From NCBI GenBank assembly GCA_047456315.1, contig CP179889.1, positions 128,776-192,775 of the forward strand: a stretch of DNA of 64,000 bases, read 5' to 3'. A program made the position numbers and the translations under genes. How positions within the stretch are numbered: the stretch's first letter is position 1; each line of letters starts with the position of its first letter. Under the pieces are notes generated by a model. The model worked only from the letters and a program-made list of their open reading frames with translations. It searched no databases and was not told where the DNA came from. This DNA comes from Candidatus Nealsonbacteria bacterium (lineage in GTDB: Bacteria; Patescibacteriota; Minisyncoccia; Minisyncoccales; JANBVM01). This document shows, piece after piece, positions 26,700-36,276 of the stretch.

Positions 26700-27974
26700 T
26701 TATTCTATCTCTTTCCAGCTGTTTATCTGCCAGGAAGCTCCCGGACCAGAAGAAAAACTTGCATTTCTTAATCCTGATTCATAAAGAATTTGCGCGTTAT
26801 TATCAAGATAAATCTTATAACCTGTTACTTCTTTTGTTTGAATGTTGTTTCTTAAGACAATCAATCCTTGGGTTGTATAAAAAATAGCGGTATCGCTGTT
26901 ATTGTCAACGTCAATGGCTGGATAACGGGTGCTTAAGGAGTTATTTGTTGATAAAAGCAATAAATAACTTCCTTGTTGTCCTGTTCCAGTAAGATATGTG
27001 CCAGGTTTTATTTTGATTTTACCATCAACAAGTAGCAATCCGCTCAGCGAGCCATAAGAATCTGAATCAAGTTTAATTTTAGCGCCATTATCAACCTTTA
27101 AATCGCCTACGACCCAGATAGTACCAGTCATATTCAAGGTAGAATCATTGTCCACAGTAAACTTTCCTGTAATTTTTTTTGGTCCAAGGCTCTCAGTTGT
27201 TTTTTTAGTAATCTTATAATCTCCAATAATAGTTCCACCCGCCTCAGCTTCTTGTTTCCAATCATCGATTTGAGCTTCTGAAAGAGGCAAGTCCTTTGCT
27301 AGAATTTCTTCAGATTGTTCGATTATAAGGCCATCAACCTCACAATCATCAAGAATTCCTCCTGTAACATAGGTCAGGTCGCCTTCAATATCACAATTTT
27401 CGCAGCTATAAGCCTTGGCATCTCTGTCAATACTTAATCCCTGTATCTTATTGCCATTTCCAGCAACAATAATTGTATCCTCAATTGTGCCTGCTCCGAA
27501 TACAGTGCCATTGGAATAAATATTGCCTCTGACCAGAGAACCATTTCCCATTTCCATTCCTCCATTTCCTATTTGAGCTCCGTAGTGGAAGGAAACTTCC
27601 TGAACAGAAATTCCGTATCTAGCTTCCATTTTCCTGATTCTGTCCAAGATATTTGCCTCAGCAGTAATAATTTTTGAATTTTCAAATTCATCAGTAATAT
27701 CAACCACAACAGAAGTGTTGCCCACATCAATGCTGTATGGGACTGATAAGCTCATATCATTTTCAAGCCTTAAGAGTGCGTCTTCAAGCCCAGCTTCAGC
27801 TCCATAGTAAGCTTGAGTTGATTTTACAATATTTTGAAATATTTTCTGCTGATTATATACAGTCACAGAAATACCAATAACAACGACAAGAACCACTGCT
27901 AAAATCAAGATAGCGCCATAAAATAATGCAAATCCTTTTTCTTTATTATTTTTATCAAATAAGATTTTGAACAT
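26700..27974 (-). CDS. PilX-like pilus-associated protein
   Basis: 424 aa. An N-terminal hydrophobic helix is followed by 'AYYGAEAGLEDALLRL' (PilX_N-like), then a Gly/Asn-rich region that looks beta-helix-like. Confidence 0.55.
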   Translation of the reverse strand: MFKILFDKNNKEKGFALFYGAILILAVVLVVVIGISVTVYNQQKIFQNIVKSTQAYYGAEAGLEDALLRLENDMSLSVPYSIDVGNTSVVVDITDEFENSKIITAEANILDRIRKMEARYGISVQEVSFHYGAQIGNGGMEMGNGSLVRGNIYSNGTVFGAGTIEDTIIVAGNGNKIQGLSIDRDAKAYSCENCDIEGDLTYVTGGILDDCEVDGLIIEQSEEILAKDLPLSEAQIDDWKQEAEAGGTIIGDYKITKKTTESLGPKKITGKFTVDNDSTLNMTGTIWVVGDLKVDNGAKIKLDSDSYGSLSGLLLVDGKIKIKPGTYLTGTGQQGSYLLLLSTNNSLSTRYPAIDVDNNSDTAIFYTTQGLIVLRNNIQTKEVTGYKIYLDNNAQILYESGLRNASFSSGPGASWQINSWKEIE

Positions 27975-27975
27975 T

Positions 27976-28506
27976 TTAATATCTTCTTAGTGAGACAGTG
28001 GAAGTGGTATTTACTGATGCTTGATATTCTGGTTTATCGGAGGGAGCAATATAGCTAATTTCTAAATTTATCTGAATAGAATCTGTGCTTGTACTGGTAT
28101 TTACTTGAAAGAATTTTAAACTATCAACCTTTACTTTCTCAGAAGTTAAACCAGTTGGATTCTGGTTTTCTTTTTTTAAACAAACCTGATTCCCGCAAAT
28201 GAAGAAATCAATATAGCTTGTTTCCTCGCCTGTCTGAGCATAGTTTTCAGTTTCCAATGACAACTGGCCAGTACTGCTTGAGAAAACAGAAGTTGGGCTG
28301 TAAATACTCTGGGCATGCTTTATTTCATAAACAATTGTTTCTATAACTCTTTCACTATTATTTAATACTTCTTTTGATGCTTTAATTTTTACATTGGAGC
28401 GGTTAGCCCACAGAAAAAAAGAAGAGATTGCTAAAACAATGATTGATGAGACACTGATATAAATTAGGATTTCTGTAAGGGTAAAACCTCTTATTGTTTT
28501 TTTCAT
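27976..28506 (-). CDS. Prepilin-type N-terminal cleavage/methylation domain protein (minor pilin)
   Basis: ATG 28506 forms an ATGA overlap with the upstream stop. 'MKKTIRG|FTLTEILIYISV' is a class III signal. Confidence 0.75.
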   Translation of the reverse strand: MKKTIRGFTLTEILIYISVSSIIVLAISSFFLWANRSNVKIKASKEVLNNSERVIETIVYEIKHAQSIYSPTSVFSSSTGQLSLETENYAQTGEETSYIDFFICGNQVCLKKENQNPTGLTSEKVKVDSLKFFQVNTSTSTDSIQINLEISYIAPSDKPEYQASVNTTSTVSLRRY

Positions 28507-29009
28507 TTCCAGTTTGTTAAATAAGTTACTATCTCTATTTGGTGGTCTTTGTTTCTTTCCTGCCAACTGACAGTTGCTGTGATCTTTTTAGTATTTGGGT
28601 CATTGGTTCCTCCCATCTTAACAATATTATCCAGCCCATCTCTTTTTACTGTTTTAAAAACAATTTTTTTCGTAAAACCATTAATGGTTTCTGTTCCCTC
28701 AATTAACTGCCACTTCAGGGGTAAACCAGATTTTTCAATATAATAATTAATACCAGTGGTTAAACTTGCAATGCCATCTACGCTCCAATCAGTTGAATCT
28801 CTAAAGCTTCTGACTTGCTCTATTAATTCTTGGGCAATATTGTTTGCCTGAGAAGTTTGTTTTGTTAAACTGGTAGCATTTAAAGAAAAAGAAACAAGTC
28901 CTAAAAGACTTGTTAAACTAACAGTGATAATTGAAATAACTATTAATATTTCTATTAGCGATATCCCTTTTTGTTTGTTGGGCTTACTGCCAAACTGGTT
29001 CTGAAACAT
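28503..29009 (-). CDS. Prepilin-type N-terminal cleavage/methylation domain protein (minor pilin)
   Basis: 'KQKG|ISLIEILIVISIITV' class III signal. Start at ATG 29009 is preferred; the track start is 29048. Confidence 0.7.
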   Translation of the reverse strand: MFQNQFGSKPNKQKGISLIEILIVISIITVSLTSLLGLVSFSLNATSLTKQTSQANNIAQELIEQVRSFRDSTDWSVDGIASLTTGINYYIEKSGLPLKWQLIEGTETINGFTKKIVFKTVKRDGLDNIVKMGGTNDPNTKKITATVSWQERNKDHQIEIVTYLTNWK

Positions 29010-29892
29010 AAATAGAAGTTCCTTGAGTGGTTTGTCCACTGGCATCATAATTAATTAAATCACCGGTTGAATCGGCATCCAGCTCAATTTTCAAGGCTTT
29101 GTCATTGTATCTTTGATCTCTGTGTACACAGAATTGAGTTCCTAAAACAGGATCATTAAACCAGTGAGTGTGAATTTTTATTGTTTGAATTTCACCACTA
29201 ACATCAATATCACCTTCCCAGAAAAACTGGTCTTCTTGTATGTTATTGTTAATAATAATGGTTTCAGAAACACTAGAACTATTATAGAAAAAAGTAAGTA
29301 TCAAACTTTCTGAGTGTATATTTATTTGACGGCTGTAATCAAAATGAATGTGGCGTGAATCTTTAACTCTATTGCTGTCAGTAGGGACAACTTGCTCGTG
29401 AAAGATTTGTCCTGAGGGTTCAATAATAATGGCTCGTGTTTTTAAAACATCATTTTTTAATCTTAAAGAGATTTGGCCAGGATTAGCAGTCAGGCCGGTG
29501 ATCCTGTCAAAAACTACTTCCTGTCCGCTTCCAGCAAAATCAACTTCATAAATTTCAACCAAACTGGGAATCTTATAGTCCCTGTCAAAGGAAACGTCTC
29601 TGGAAGCATAATCAGTTCCCTTAAAAAGAACATATTCTTGCGGGCTGATGATTGAGAAATAAACACCCCAGTTGCTGCTTTGCTCTGAGGCCAGTGTTTT
29701 ACTTTGAGCTAATTTTAAAATATTGATTATTTCTTCAACGCTATTTATCAGGTCTGATTCTTTTTGAAAGTTGCGATAAGCTGGAATAGCAGTTGCTGTT
29801 ATAACAACCAAAATTCCAATTACTGTAAGCGTTTCAACAAGCGTGAATCCAGTACTCTGGATTTTATTTTTAGCCTTCACTCTTTTTATCAT
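28984..29892 (-). CDS. Prepilin-type pilin-like protein (302 aa)
   Basis: 'QSTG|FTLVETLTVIGILVV' class III signal. Directly downstream of pilC. Confidence 0.75.
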   Translation of the reverse strand: MIKRVKAKNKIQSTGFTLVETLTVIGILVVITATAIPAYRNFQKESDLINSVEEIINILKLAQSKTLASEQSSNWGVYFSIISPQEYVLFKGTDYASRDVSFDRDYKIPSLVEIYEVDFAGSGQEVVFDRITGLTANPGQISLRLKNDVLKTRAIIIEPSGQIFHEQVVPTDSNRVKDSRHIHFDYSRQINIHSESLILTFFYNSSSVSETIIINNNIQEDQFFWEGDIDVSGEIQTIKIHTHWFNDPVLGTQFCVHRDQRYNDKALKIELDADSTGDLINYDASGQTTQGTSIYVSEPVWQ

Positions 29893-31106
29893 ATATTTCC
29901 AAGCATGCTGTACATTGGTTGAACCATTGAAACTGCAAAAAAACCAATTGTAACTCCAATAATTATCATTAAAATTGGTTCAATCACAGCAGCCAGGTTT
30001 TTTGTGGTGTTGGATACCTCTTCTTCAAAAAAATCTGCTAATTCCGACAGAACAGTAGAGGTTTCACCAGTTTCTTCTCCTACAGCTATCATCTGGATAA
30101 CAATTAAAGGATAAACACCTTTATAGCCCGTTAAAACCTCAGATAATTTGCCTCCTTTTCTTACTTTTTCTGCTGCTTCATTCATGGCTGCTCTAAAATA
30201 GAAATTACCTAAAGTATTAGCAGTAATTTCCAGAGACCGGGGCAAAGAAACTCCTGCCCCAATCAGAGAACTTAAGTTTCTGGTTACATATGCAGAATTA
30301 GTTGCTTTAATGATTGAGGAGATAACAGGAATTTTTAAAAGTATTTTATCAGATATTTTTTTAACTGCTTCTATTTTTAAAATCCGTATTAAAAAAATAA
30401 TAAATACTATCAGTCCTAAAAATATTAAGTGCCAGTGACTTGCTACAAAAGTGCCAAAACCAATTACAACTTTTGTAGTAGCTGGAAGCTCAAGATTTAA
30501 ATCTTCAAATGTTTCAGCTAATTTTGGAACAACCATGATGAGCATCAGCGCTCCAACAGCAATCATGGCGCAGATAATTATGATTGGATAAATCATGGCG
30601 CTTTGTACCCTGGATATTAAAACATGCTCTTTTTCCATCTGCGCGCTTAGCGTTTCTAGAACTTTTTCCAGGGTTCCTGATTCCTCACCTACCTTCACCA
30701 TGCTTCTTAAAAGCTGAGGGAAAACTGAAGGATAAAAACTCATAGCTTCAGAAAGGCTTTTTCCCTCTACAATTCTATCTTTAATCTCTGACAGAGCTTT
30801 TCTAAATTCAGGAGTTTTTACCTGTTTTGACAAGGACTTGATTGCGCGAGGCAAGGGCAGTCCTGCTGCAATCATGACCTGAAGGTTTCTGACAAAAAAC
30901 ATCTTTTCTGTCAAAGGAACCCCGCCAAAAGTAGGAAGATCAATATTGAACTTTGATTTTTTTAATTCGTCTGATAATTGGGCCTTAATTAAAACAAATC
31001 CCTGAGCATGCAATTTCTGGGATAATTGATGCGTGTCTTTTGCTTCCAAAAATCCTGATTTCTCTTCTCCTTTAACAGATTTGGCTTTGTAAAAATATCT
31101 TGGCAT
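29889..31106 (-). CDS. pilC: Type IV pilus platform protein PilC (GspF family)
   Basis: 405 aa with a duplicated GspF domain and three TM segments. Located after pilB. Confidence 0.9.
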   Translation of the reverse strand: MPRYFYKAKSVKGEEKSGFLEAKDTHQLSQKLHAQGFVLIKAQLSDELKKSKFNIDLPTFGGVPLTEKMFFVRNLQVMIAAGLPLPRAIKSLSKQVKTPEFRKALSEIKDRIVEGKSLSEAMSFYPSVFPQLLRSMVKVGEESGTLEKVLETLSAQMEKEHVLISRVQSAMIYPIIIICAMIAVGALMLIMVVPKLAETFEDLNLELPATTKVVIGFGTFVASHWHLIFLGLIVFIIFLIRILKIEAVKKISDKILLKIPVISSIIKATNSAYVTRNLSSLIGAGVSLPRSLEITANTLGNFYFRAAMNEAAEKVRKGGKLSEVLTGYKGVYPLIVIQMIAVGEETGETSTVLSELADFFEEEVSNTTKNLAAVIEPILMIIIGVTIGFFAVSMVQPMYSMLGNI

Positions 31107-31114
31107 TTTAAAAT

Positions 31115-32860
31115 TTATTCAACTATTGCTCTTAACACCTCTTCAATAGAAGTTATTCCCTGAGCTGCTTTTATAAAACCATCTTCAATCATTGTTCTCA
31201 TTCCTTCGCTTCTGGCTTGCTGATGAATCTTGTCTGAGATTGCTTGAGCAATAATTAATTCTTTTATTGTTTCTGTAACTGGTAAAACCTCAAAAATCCC
31301 TATTCTTCCTTTGTAGCCGTCAGAGCACTCTTTACTAGGTTTTGGCTTGTAAAAAGGAATAGTTTTCCAGGTTGCTCTCTGGCTTACAATCTTTTCCTGT
31401 TTTAAGATTTTAAGGACTGCCTCCAGGTTACAATATTTTGAAATTTCTCTTAATTCAGAATCTTTAAGTTTGTATTTCTCTCTTTCACTGCAAAGCCTTC
31501 TTACCAGTCGCTGGGCTAAAATACAATTTAAGGTTGAGGCAATTAAAAATGGCTCGCATTTCATATCCATTAAACGAGGCAAGGTTCCGGCAGCAGAATT
31601 AGTGTGCAGAGTTGATAGAACCAAATGACCTGTTAAAGAGGCATTAATGCAAAGTCTGGCTGTTTCATTGTCTCTTATCTCTCCAACCATAATAATGTCT
31701 GGGTCTTGACGGAGCAATGACCTTAGTCCGTTTGCAAAAGTTAAGCCAATCTTCGCTCTCACCTGAGTTTGGTTGATTCTTGGCATCCTGTATTCAATAG
31801 GATCCTCAATTGTAGAAATATTTATTCCAGGATTATTTAAAATGTCCATCATTGAATAAAGGGTAGTGGTTTTTCCAGAACCAGTGGGTCCTGTTACTAA
31901 AATCATTCCCACTGGTTTTCGCAAAGAATCCTGGGTTCTTTCAAGGTTCTCTTCGATTAAACCTAATTGTTCTAAAGAGAAAGCTTCAGATGTTTCTGCT
32001 AAAAGCCTCATAACAACTTTCTCGCCATTGAAAACCGGAAGGATTGAAACCCTGATTGAATATTTGTAATCTTCAGTTTCTATTTTAAAACGGCCATCCT
32101 GAGGCAGACGATGTTCATCTAGTTTCAAATTAGAAAGCACTTTTATTCTGGCTACAATACCTGAAGATGCTAATTTTGGCAGAGTCATAGCGTCTCTTAA
32201 AATTCCATCAATCCTGTATCTGACTAAAACTTCTTTTTCAACTGGTTCAATATGAATATCTGAAGCGCGCTGTAAAATCGCATGCTTCATTAAAGTATCA
32301 ACAATTCTAATCACAGGCAGCTCTTCTGCTATTTTTTCCAGTTCAGCTTTTTCCTCCAGCTTTTCTTCTTTAACGGGCTTAATTACTCCAACTTCTTTTT
32401 TAATAATTTCCCCAAATTCAGCTTCCAGGGTCTTTTGATATTGGCGCAGAACGCTTTTTATTGATTTGGGGCTGGTTAAACGGGGTAAAATTTTTAAGCT
32501 GGTTGTTTTTTTAATGAATTCAATTGTTCTTAAATCTTTTGGGTCAAGCATTGCTACCTCTAAATTATTCCCTGTTTTTCTGAAAGCAACAATATTGTTG
32601 GAACGAGCAACTGGTTCTGGAATTATTTTCAAGAGCTTAGGATCAATCATTTCTTTCTCCAAATCAACAAAAGGAATGCCTAGAATATATGCTTCTAGCT
32701 TTATTAATTGCTCTTGATTAATCAAACCCTCTGAAACTAAAACATCACTAATTTCCTTTTTAGTTTTTTGAGCCTTTTTGTGCGCTTTGTTGAACTGTTC
32801 TTCAGTGAGCAAATTAGCATCAATTAAAAAGGCTTTTAGTTGTTGGGGCTCTACTTTCAT
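31115..32860 (-). CDS. pilB: Type IV pilus assembly ATPase PilB (GspE family)
   Basis: 581 aa. Walker A 'GPTGSGKTTT', an Asp box, Walker B 'DIIMVGEIRD' and a His box 'GHLVLSTLHT'. Confidence 0.93.
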   Translation of the reverse strand: MKVEPQQLKAFLIDANLLTEEQFNKAHKKAQKTKKEISDVLVSEGLINQEQLIKLEAYILGIPFVDLEKEMIDPKLLKIIPEPVARSNNIVAFRKTGNNLEVAMLDPKDLRTIEFIKKTTSLKILPRLTSPKSIKSVLRQYQKTLEAEFGEIIKKEVGVIKPVKEEKLEEKAELEKIAEELPVIRIVDTLMKHAILQRASDIHIEPVEKEVLVRYRIDGILRDAMTLPKLASSGIVARIKVLSNLKLDEHRLPQDGRFKIETEDYKYSIRVSILPVFNGEKVVMRLLAETSEAFSLEQLGLIEENLERTQDSLRKPVGMILVTGPTGSGKTTTLYSMMDILNNPGINISTIEDPIEYRMPRINQTQVRAKIGLTFANGLRSLLRQDPDIIMVGEIRDNETARLCINASLTGHLVLSTLHTNSAAGTLPRLMDMKCEPFLIASTLNCILAQRLVRRLCSEREKYKLKDSELREISKYCNLEAVLKILKQEKIVSQRATWKTIPFYKPKPSKECSDGYKGRIGIFEVLPVTETIKELIIAQAISDKIHQQARSEGMRTMIEDGFIKAAQGITSIEEVLRAIVE

Positions 32861-32890
32861 TTATAATTAGCAGTTAAGAACTAATAAATG

Positions 32891-33259
32891 TTATTGATCA
32901 AAAGCTTTTTTGATCTTTTCCGTCAATTCTTCTAAAGTATATTGCGCTTTAACCAGGTAAGATTTAGCTCCAAGTCCAATTGCTTTATCTATATCATCCA
33001 TTCCCTCAAGATTTGTTAGAACAATTACTGGAATATCTTTTGTTTCATCACTCTCTTTTAGTTTTTTAAGAACATCAAAACCATGCATTTTCGGCAGTAC
33101 AAGATCAAGAAGAATTAGATCAGGCTTTTTTTCCTGAGCCAGTCTCAGGCCTATTTCTCCATTAAGCGCGGAAATCACTTCATATTCTTCTTGTTTTAAT
33201 ACTTCACCAACTGTTTTTTGAAGCGCAGATTCATCTTCTATAAATAAAATAGTTTTCAT
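32891..33259 (-). CDS. Single-domain response regulator (CheY-like receiver)
   Basis: 'ILFIEDE', 'DLILLDLVLPKMHGFDVL' and 'PVIVLTN..'. There is no output domain. ATG 33259 is preferred to TTG 33280. Confidence 0.85.
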   Translation of the reverse strand: MKTILFIEDESALQKTVGEVLKQEEYEVISALNGEIGLRLAQEKKPDLILLDLVLPKMHGFDVLKKLKESDETKDIPVIVLTNLEGMDDIDKAIGLGAKSYLVKAQYTLEELTEKIKKAFDQ

Positions 33260-33309
33260 ATTAGGGAGAACAAGAAACAATCAGTTTTTTGCTCCTTGTT
33301 TTTTGTTTG

Positions 33310-34257
33310 TTATTTGGTTGGTATTGTAAACCAAAACGTCGACCCTTTATTTTCTTCTGAATTAAATCCGATTTTACCCTTTGCCCTTTTAATAATTTCT
33401 TTTGAAATATATAATCCTAGGCCTGAGCCTTTTGTCTGATGTTTTAGGATATTTTCTGAACGGAAGAATTTCTGGAAAATATATTTATGGTCTTTTTGGG
33501 GAATTCCTACTCCATTATCTTTTATTGAAAAAAGGATATCATTATTCTTTACAGAAAGCGTTATCTCAACCCTTCCTTTTTCATTACTGTATCTGATAGC
33601 ATTGTCCAGGAGGTTTTCCATAACCAGCTTAATGCGTGAAGGATCAGAAAAAGCTTTGGGAAGATTTTTGTCATCTAAAAAAACAACCCCTATGTTTGAA
33701 GCACTTGACAGAGCCTTATACTCATTAATTAAGCTTTTTGTTAATTCTTCCATTGAAAACTCCTGTTTTTTGAAAGGCAATTTAGCGCTTTCAATTCTTG
33801 ATACTGTCAGCAGATCAGAAACCAGGTCATGCATTCTTCCGCTGTTCTCTTTAATGATTTTAAAATATTCAGTTTGTTTTTCTTCAATTTTCCCTAATTT
33901 TCCAGACATAAGTAATTCAATGGTCCACTTTAAGTTGGACAAAGGAGAGCGCAGCTGATGAGACACAATTGAGATAAATTCTGATTTTAAGCGGCTTGCC
34001 TCAGCCAATCTTTCAAAGCTGCGAGTAATAATCACAGCAATAATTAATAAAATTCCTGCTAAAAGCTGTATAATAAATGCAACAATTAATGGGTCTTCAA
34101 TATAGCGGGTGCCAAAGGCATAGGCAAACAAGCTGGATGTTATAATAATTACTCCCATAACCAAAAAAAGGAATTGAGGGCATTGCCACAAAGAGAGATT
34201 ATATTTTTTGCACTGGGCAAAAATATTTAACTCTAAAAGAATTTTTCTTAAATTCAT
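33310..34257 (-). CDS. Sensor histidine kinase
   Basis: 315 aa with two TM helices, H-box 'SHQLRSPL', N-box 'LLDNAIRYS', and G-boxes 'DNGVGI' and 'GSGLGL'. Confidence 0.9.
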   Translation of the reverse strand: MNLRKILLELNIFAQCKKYNLSLWQCPQFLFLVMGVIIITSSLFAYAFGTRYIEDPLIVAFIIQLLAGILLIIAVIITRSFERLAEASRLKSEFISIVSHQLRSPLSNLKWTIELLMSGKLGKIEEKQTEYFKIIKENSGRMHDLVSDLLTVSRIESAKLPFKKQEFSMEELTKSLINEYKALSSASNIGVVFLDDKNLPKAFSDPSRIKLVMENLLDNAIRYSNEKGRVEITLSVKNNDILFSIKDNGVGIPQKDHKYIFQKFFRSENILKHQTKGSGLGLYISKEIIKRAKGKIGFNSEENKGSTFWFTIPTK

Positions 34258-34323
34258 ATTATTTTTTTCATTTTAACACATTAATTGACCAAACAAAAAC
34301 AAATTGCTAAAATTCTAAAGCGC

Positions 34324-34394
34324 CGGGACATGGTGTAATGGTAGCACGAGTCCTTTGGGAGGATTTAGTCCGAGTTCGAGTCTCGGTGTCCCGA
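34324..34394 (+). tRNA. tRNA-Pro (anticodon TGG)
   Basis: Acceptor CGGGACA/TGTCCCG, anticodon arm AGTCC-TTTGGGA-GGATT, T arm CCGAG-TTCGAGT-CTCGG. Confidence 0.88.
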
Positions 34395-34406
34395 CAGCAA
34401 AAATGA

Positions 34407-34481
34407 GCGGGTGTAGTATAACGGCTATTATGCGACCCTTCCAAGGTCGAGACGAGGGTTCGATTCCCTTCACCCGCTCCA
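34407..34481 (+). tRNA. tRNA-Gly (anticodon TCC), CCA encoded
   Basis: Acceptor GCGGGTG/CACCCGC, anticodon arm CGACC-CTTCCAA-GGTCG, T arm GAGGG-TTCGATT-CCCTT, then T-CCA. Confidence 0.9.
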
Positions 34482-34483
34482 AA

Positions 34484-34517
34484 GAACAAAAACAGCGGAA
34501 TTTCCGCTGTTTTTGTT
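34484..34517. terminator. Bidirectional terminator (tRNA operon / rny)
   Basis: ACAGCGGA-att-TCCGCTGT with an A-run upstream and a T-run downstream. Confidence 0.75.
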
Positions 34518-34531
34518 AAGGCTTCTATAGT

Positions 34532-36061
34532 TTACTTTGCGTATTCTATCACTCTGCTTTCTCTTATTACATTAACTTTTATTTCTCCCGGATAACGCAA
34601 TTCCTCCTGGATTTTTCTGGCAATTTCTCTGGCCAAAACTTTGGCTTGAAAATCATCTATTTCTTCTGGTTTAACAAAAATCCTTATTTCTCTTCCTGCT
34701 TGAAGGGCCCAAGCTTTTTTAACTCCATTAAAATCTAAAGCTATATTTTCCAAGCTAGACAATCTTTTAAGGTAATTTTCTAAAGTGTCTTTTCTTGCCC
34801 CTGGTCTGGTGCCTGAAATCTGGTCTCCGACCTGGACAAGAATAGCTTCAATGCTGCTGTAAGGATATTCTTCGTGATGGGATTTCATTGCATCAATAAC
34901 CTCTTTTTCTATTTTAAATTTCTCTAAGATTTTTATCCCTATATCAACGTGAGAACCTTCTATCTGATGGTCAACTGCTTTTCCAATATCATGGAATAAT
35001 CCTGCTTTTTTACAGACTAAAGAATCAGCTCCAATTTCATCAGCTAAAAATGAAGATAAATATGCTACTTCAATTGAGTGAAGTAAAACATTCTGACCAT
35101 AACTTGTTCTGAACTTTAATCTGCCTAAAAGCTGCATTAGTTTTGGATCTAATCCAACCAGGCCAAGTTCATAAGCAGCCACCTCTCCAGCTTTTTTAAT
35201 CTGATTGCCTATCTCTTGCTTAGCTTCTTTAACCTTCTCTTCGATTCTGGCTGGTTGAATTCTTCCATCTAATATTAATTTTTCCAGTGCAAATTTAGCT
35301 ATGTGGCGCCTCACCGGGTCAAAGCCAGAAATTACAACTGTTTCTGGTGTTTCATCAACTATTATTTCTACGCCTGTTAATTTTTCAAGAGTTTTAATGT
35401 TTCTGCCTTCTTTGCCAATTATTCTTCCTTTAATGTCTTCATTGGGCAGAGCAACAGTAGTGGTGGTTGTTTCTTGGGTCTGGGATAAAGCATACTTTTG
35501 AATTGCAGTGACTAAAACCTCTTTAGCTTTTTTTTCATATCTTTCATATCCTTCTGTTTCTAATTTTCTTAATCTCTCTAAAATATCTAGCTGGTATTTA
35601 TCCTCTACTGCTTTTAAAAGCTTTTCTTTAGCTTCCTTTTTATTCATTTTGGCAACTTTTTCCAGTTTTTTGACAGCTTGATCCTTTAACTCTTCTAAAG
35701 AAGATTTAATTTGCCTTACTTTTTCTACTTTTTGTTCAAAATCTCTCTGATTTAATTCAAAATTAGATATTTTTTTATCTAAAACACTTTCTCTTTTTAA
35801 GAGCAGTTGTTCTCCCCTGATTAGTCTTTTTCTTGTTGCATATACTTCTTTTTTTGCATCATCCAATACAAAAGAAGCTTTGTTTTTAGCATTAGAGACA
35901 ATCTTAGCTGCCTCTTGAGTTGTTTTTTCAATCTTTTTTCGTATTTTCCCTTCAATTGTCTTCCAATCCTTTCTTGCTATTGACTGACGAGCATAATAAC
36001 CGAGCATTGTTCCAATTGAAAGAGAAACAATCCCTAGAATTAATAAGGTTAGTTGAGTCAT
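34532..36061 (-). CDS. rny: Ribonuclease Y
   Basis: 509 aa with an N-terminal TM, a coiled coil, KH ('GRIIGKEGRNIKTLEKLTGVEIIVD') and an HD domain ('GLFHDIGKAVDH'). Confidence 0.93.
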   Translation of the reverse strand: MTQLTLLILGIVSLSIGTMLGYYARQSIARKDWKTIEGKIRKKIEKTTQEAAKIVSNAKNKASFVLDDAKKEVYATRKRLIRGEQLLLKRESVLDKKISNFELNQRDFEQKVEKVRQIKSSLEELKDQAVKKLEKVAKMNKKEAKEKLLKAVEDKYQLDILERLRKLETEGYERYEKKAKEVLVTAIQKYALSQTQETTTTTVALPNEDIKGRIIGKEGRNIKTLEKLTGVEIIVDETPETVVISGFDPVRRHIAKFALEKLILDGRIQPARIEEKVKEAKQEIGNQIKKAGEVAAYELGLVGLDPKLMQLLGRLKFRTSYGQNVLLHSIEVAYLSSFLADEIGADSLVCKKAGLFHDIGKAVDHQIEGSHVDIGIKILEKFKIEKEVIDAMKSHHEEYPYSSIEAILVQVGDQISGTRPGARKDTLENYLKRLSSLENIALDFNGVKKAWALQAGREIRIFVKPEEIDDFQAKVLAREIARKIQEELRYPGEIKVNVIRESRVIEYAK

Positions 36062-36177
36062 ATTTCAAAACAGGAAATTGGCTATTTAGCACAATTTCAG
36101 CAAATTGTAAGATTGTTTTTTCAAAAACTGACATTGTTTTAATAGTTCCAAATTCCAAAATTAATTGACATAAATTA

Positions 36178-36205
36178 ATTATATCAGAGATTTTTTAAAA
36201 GTCAA
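36178..36205 (-). promoter_or_regulatory. Sigma70-like promoter of rny (extended -10)
   Basis: Minus strand: TTGACT (36205-36200), 16-nt spacer ending in TG-A, TATAAT (36183-36178). It implies a leader of about 110 nt. Confidence 0.5.
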
Positions 36206-36276
36206 ACTTTTATTTATTAAATAAAATTTTATCTGTTTTTACTAACAAGGAGATTATCTTATTGGCAGGCAGTGGT

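Noticed and set aside
34307-34489. Track ORFs lying on top of tRNA genes: 34307..34489, 42366..42584, 42543..42806, 53212..53541, 58696..58950 and 58727..58954.
   Set aside because: Each is fully explained by hand-folded tRNA cloverleafs or adjacent terminators. GC-rich tRNA sequence in an AT-rich genome simply lacks stop codons.
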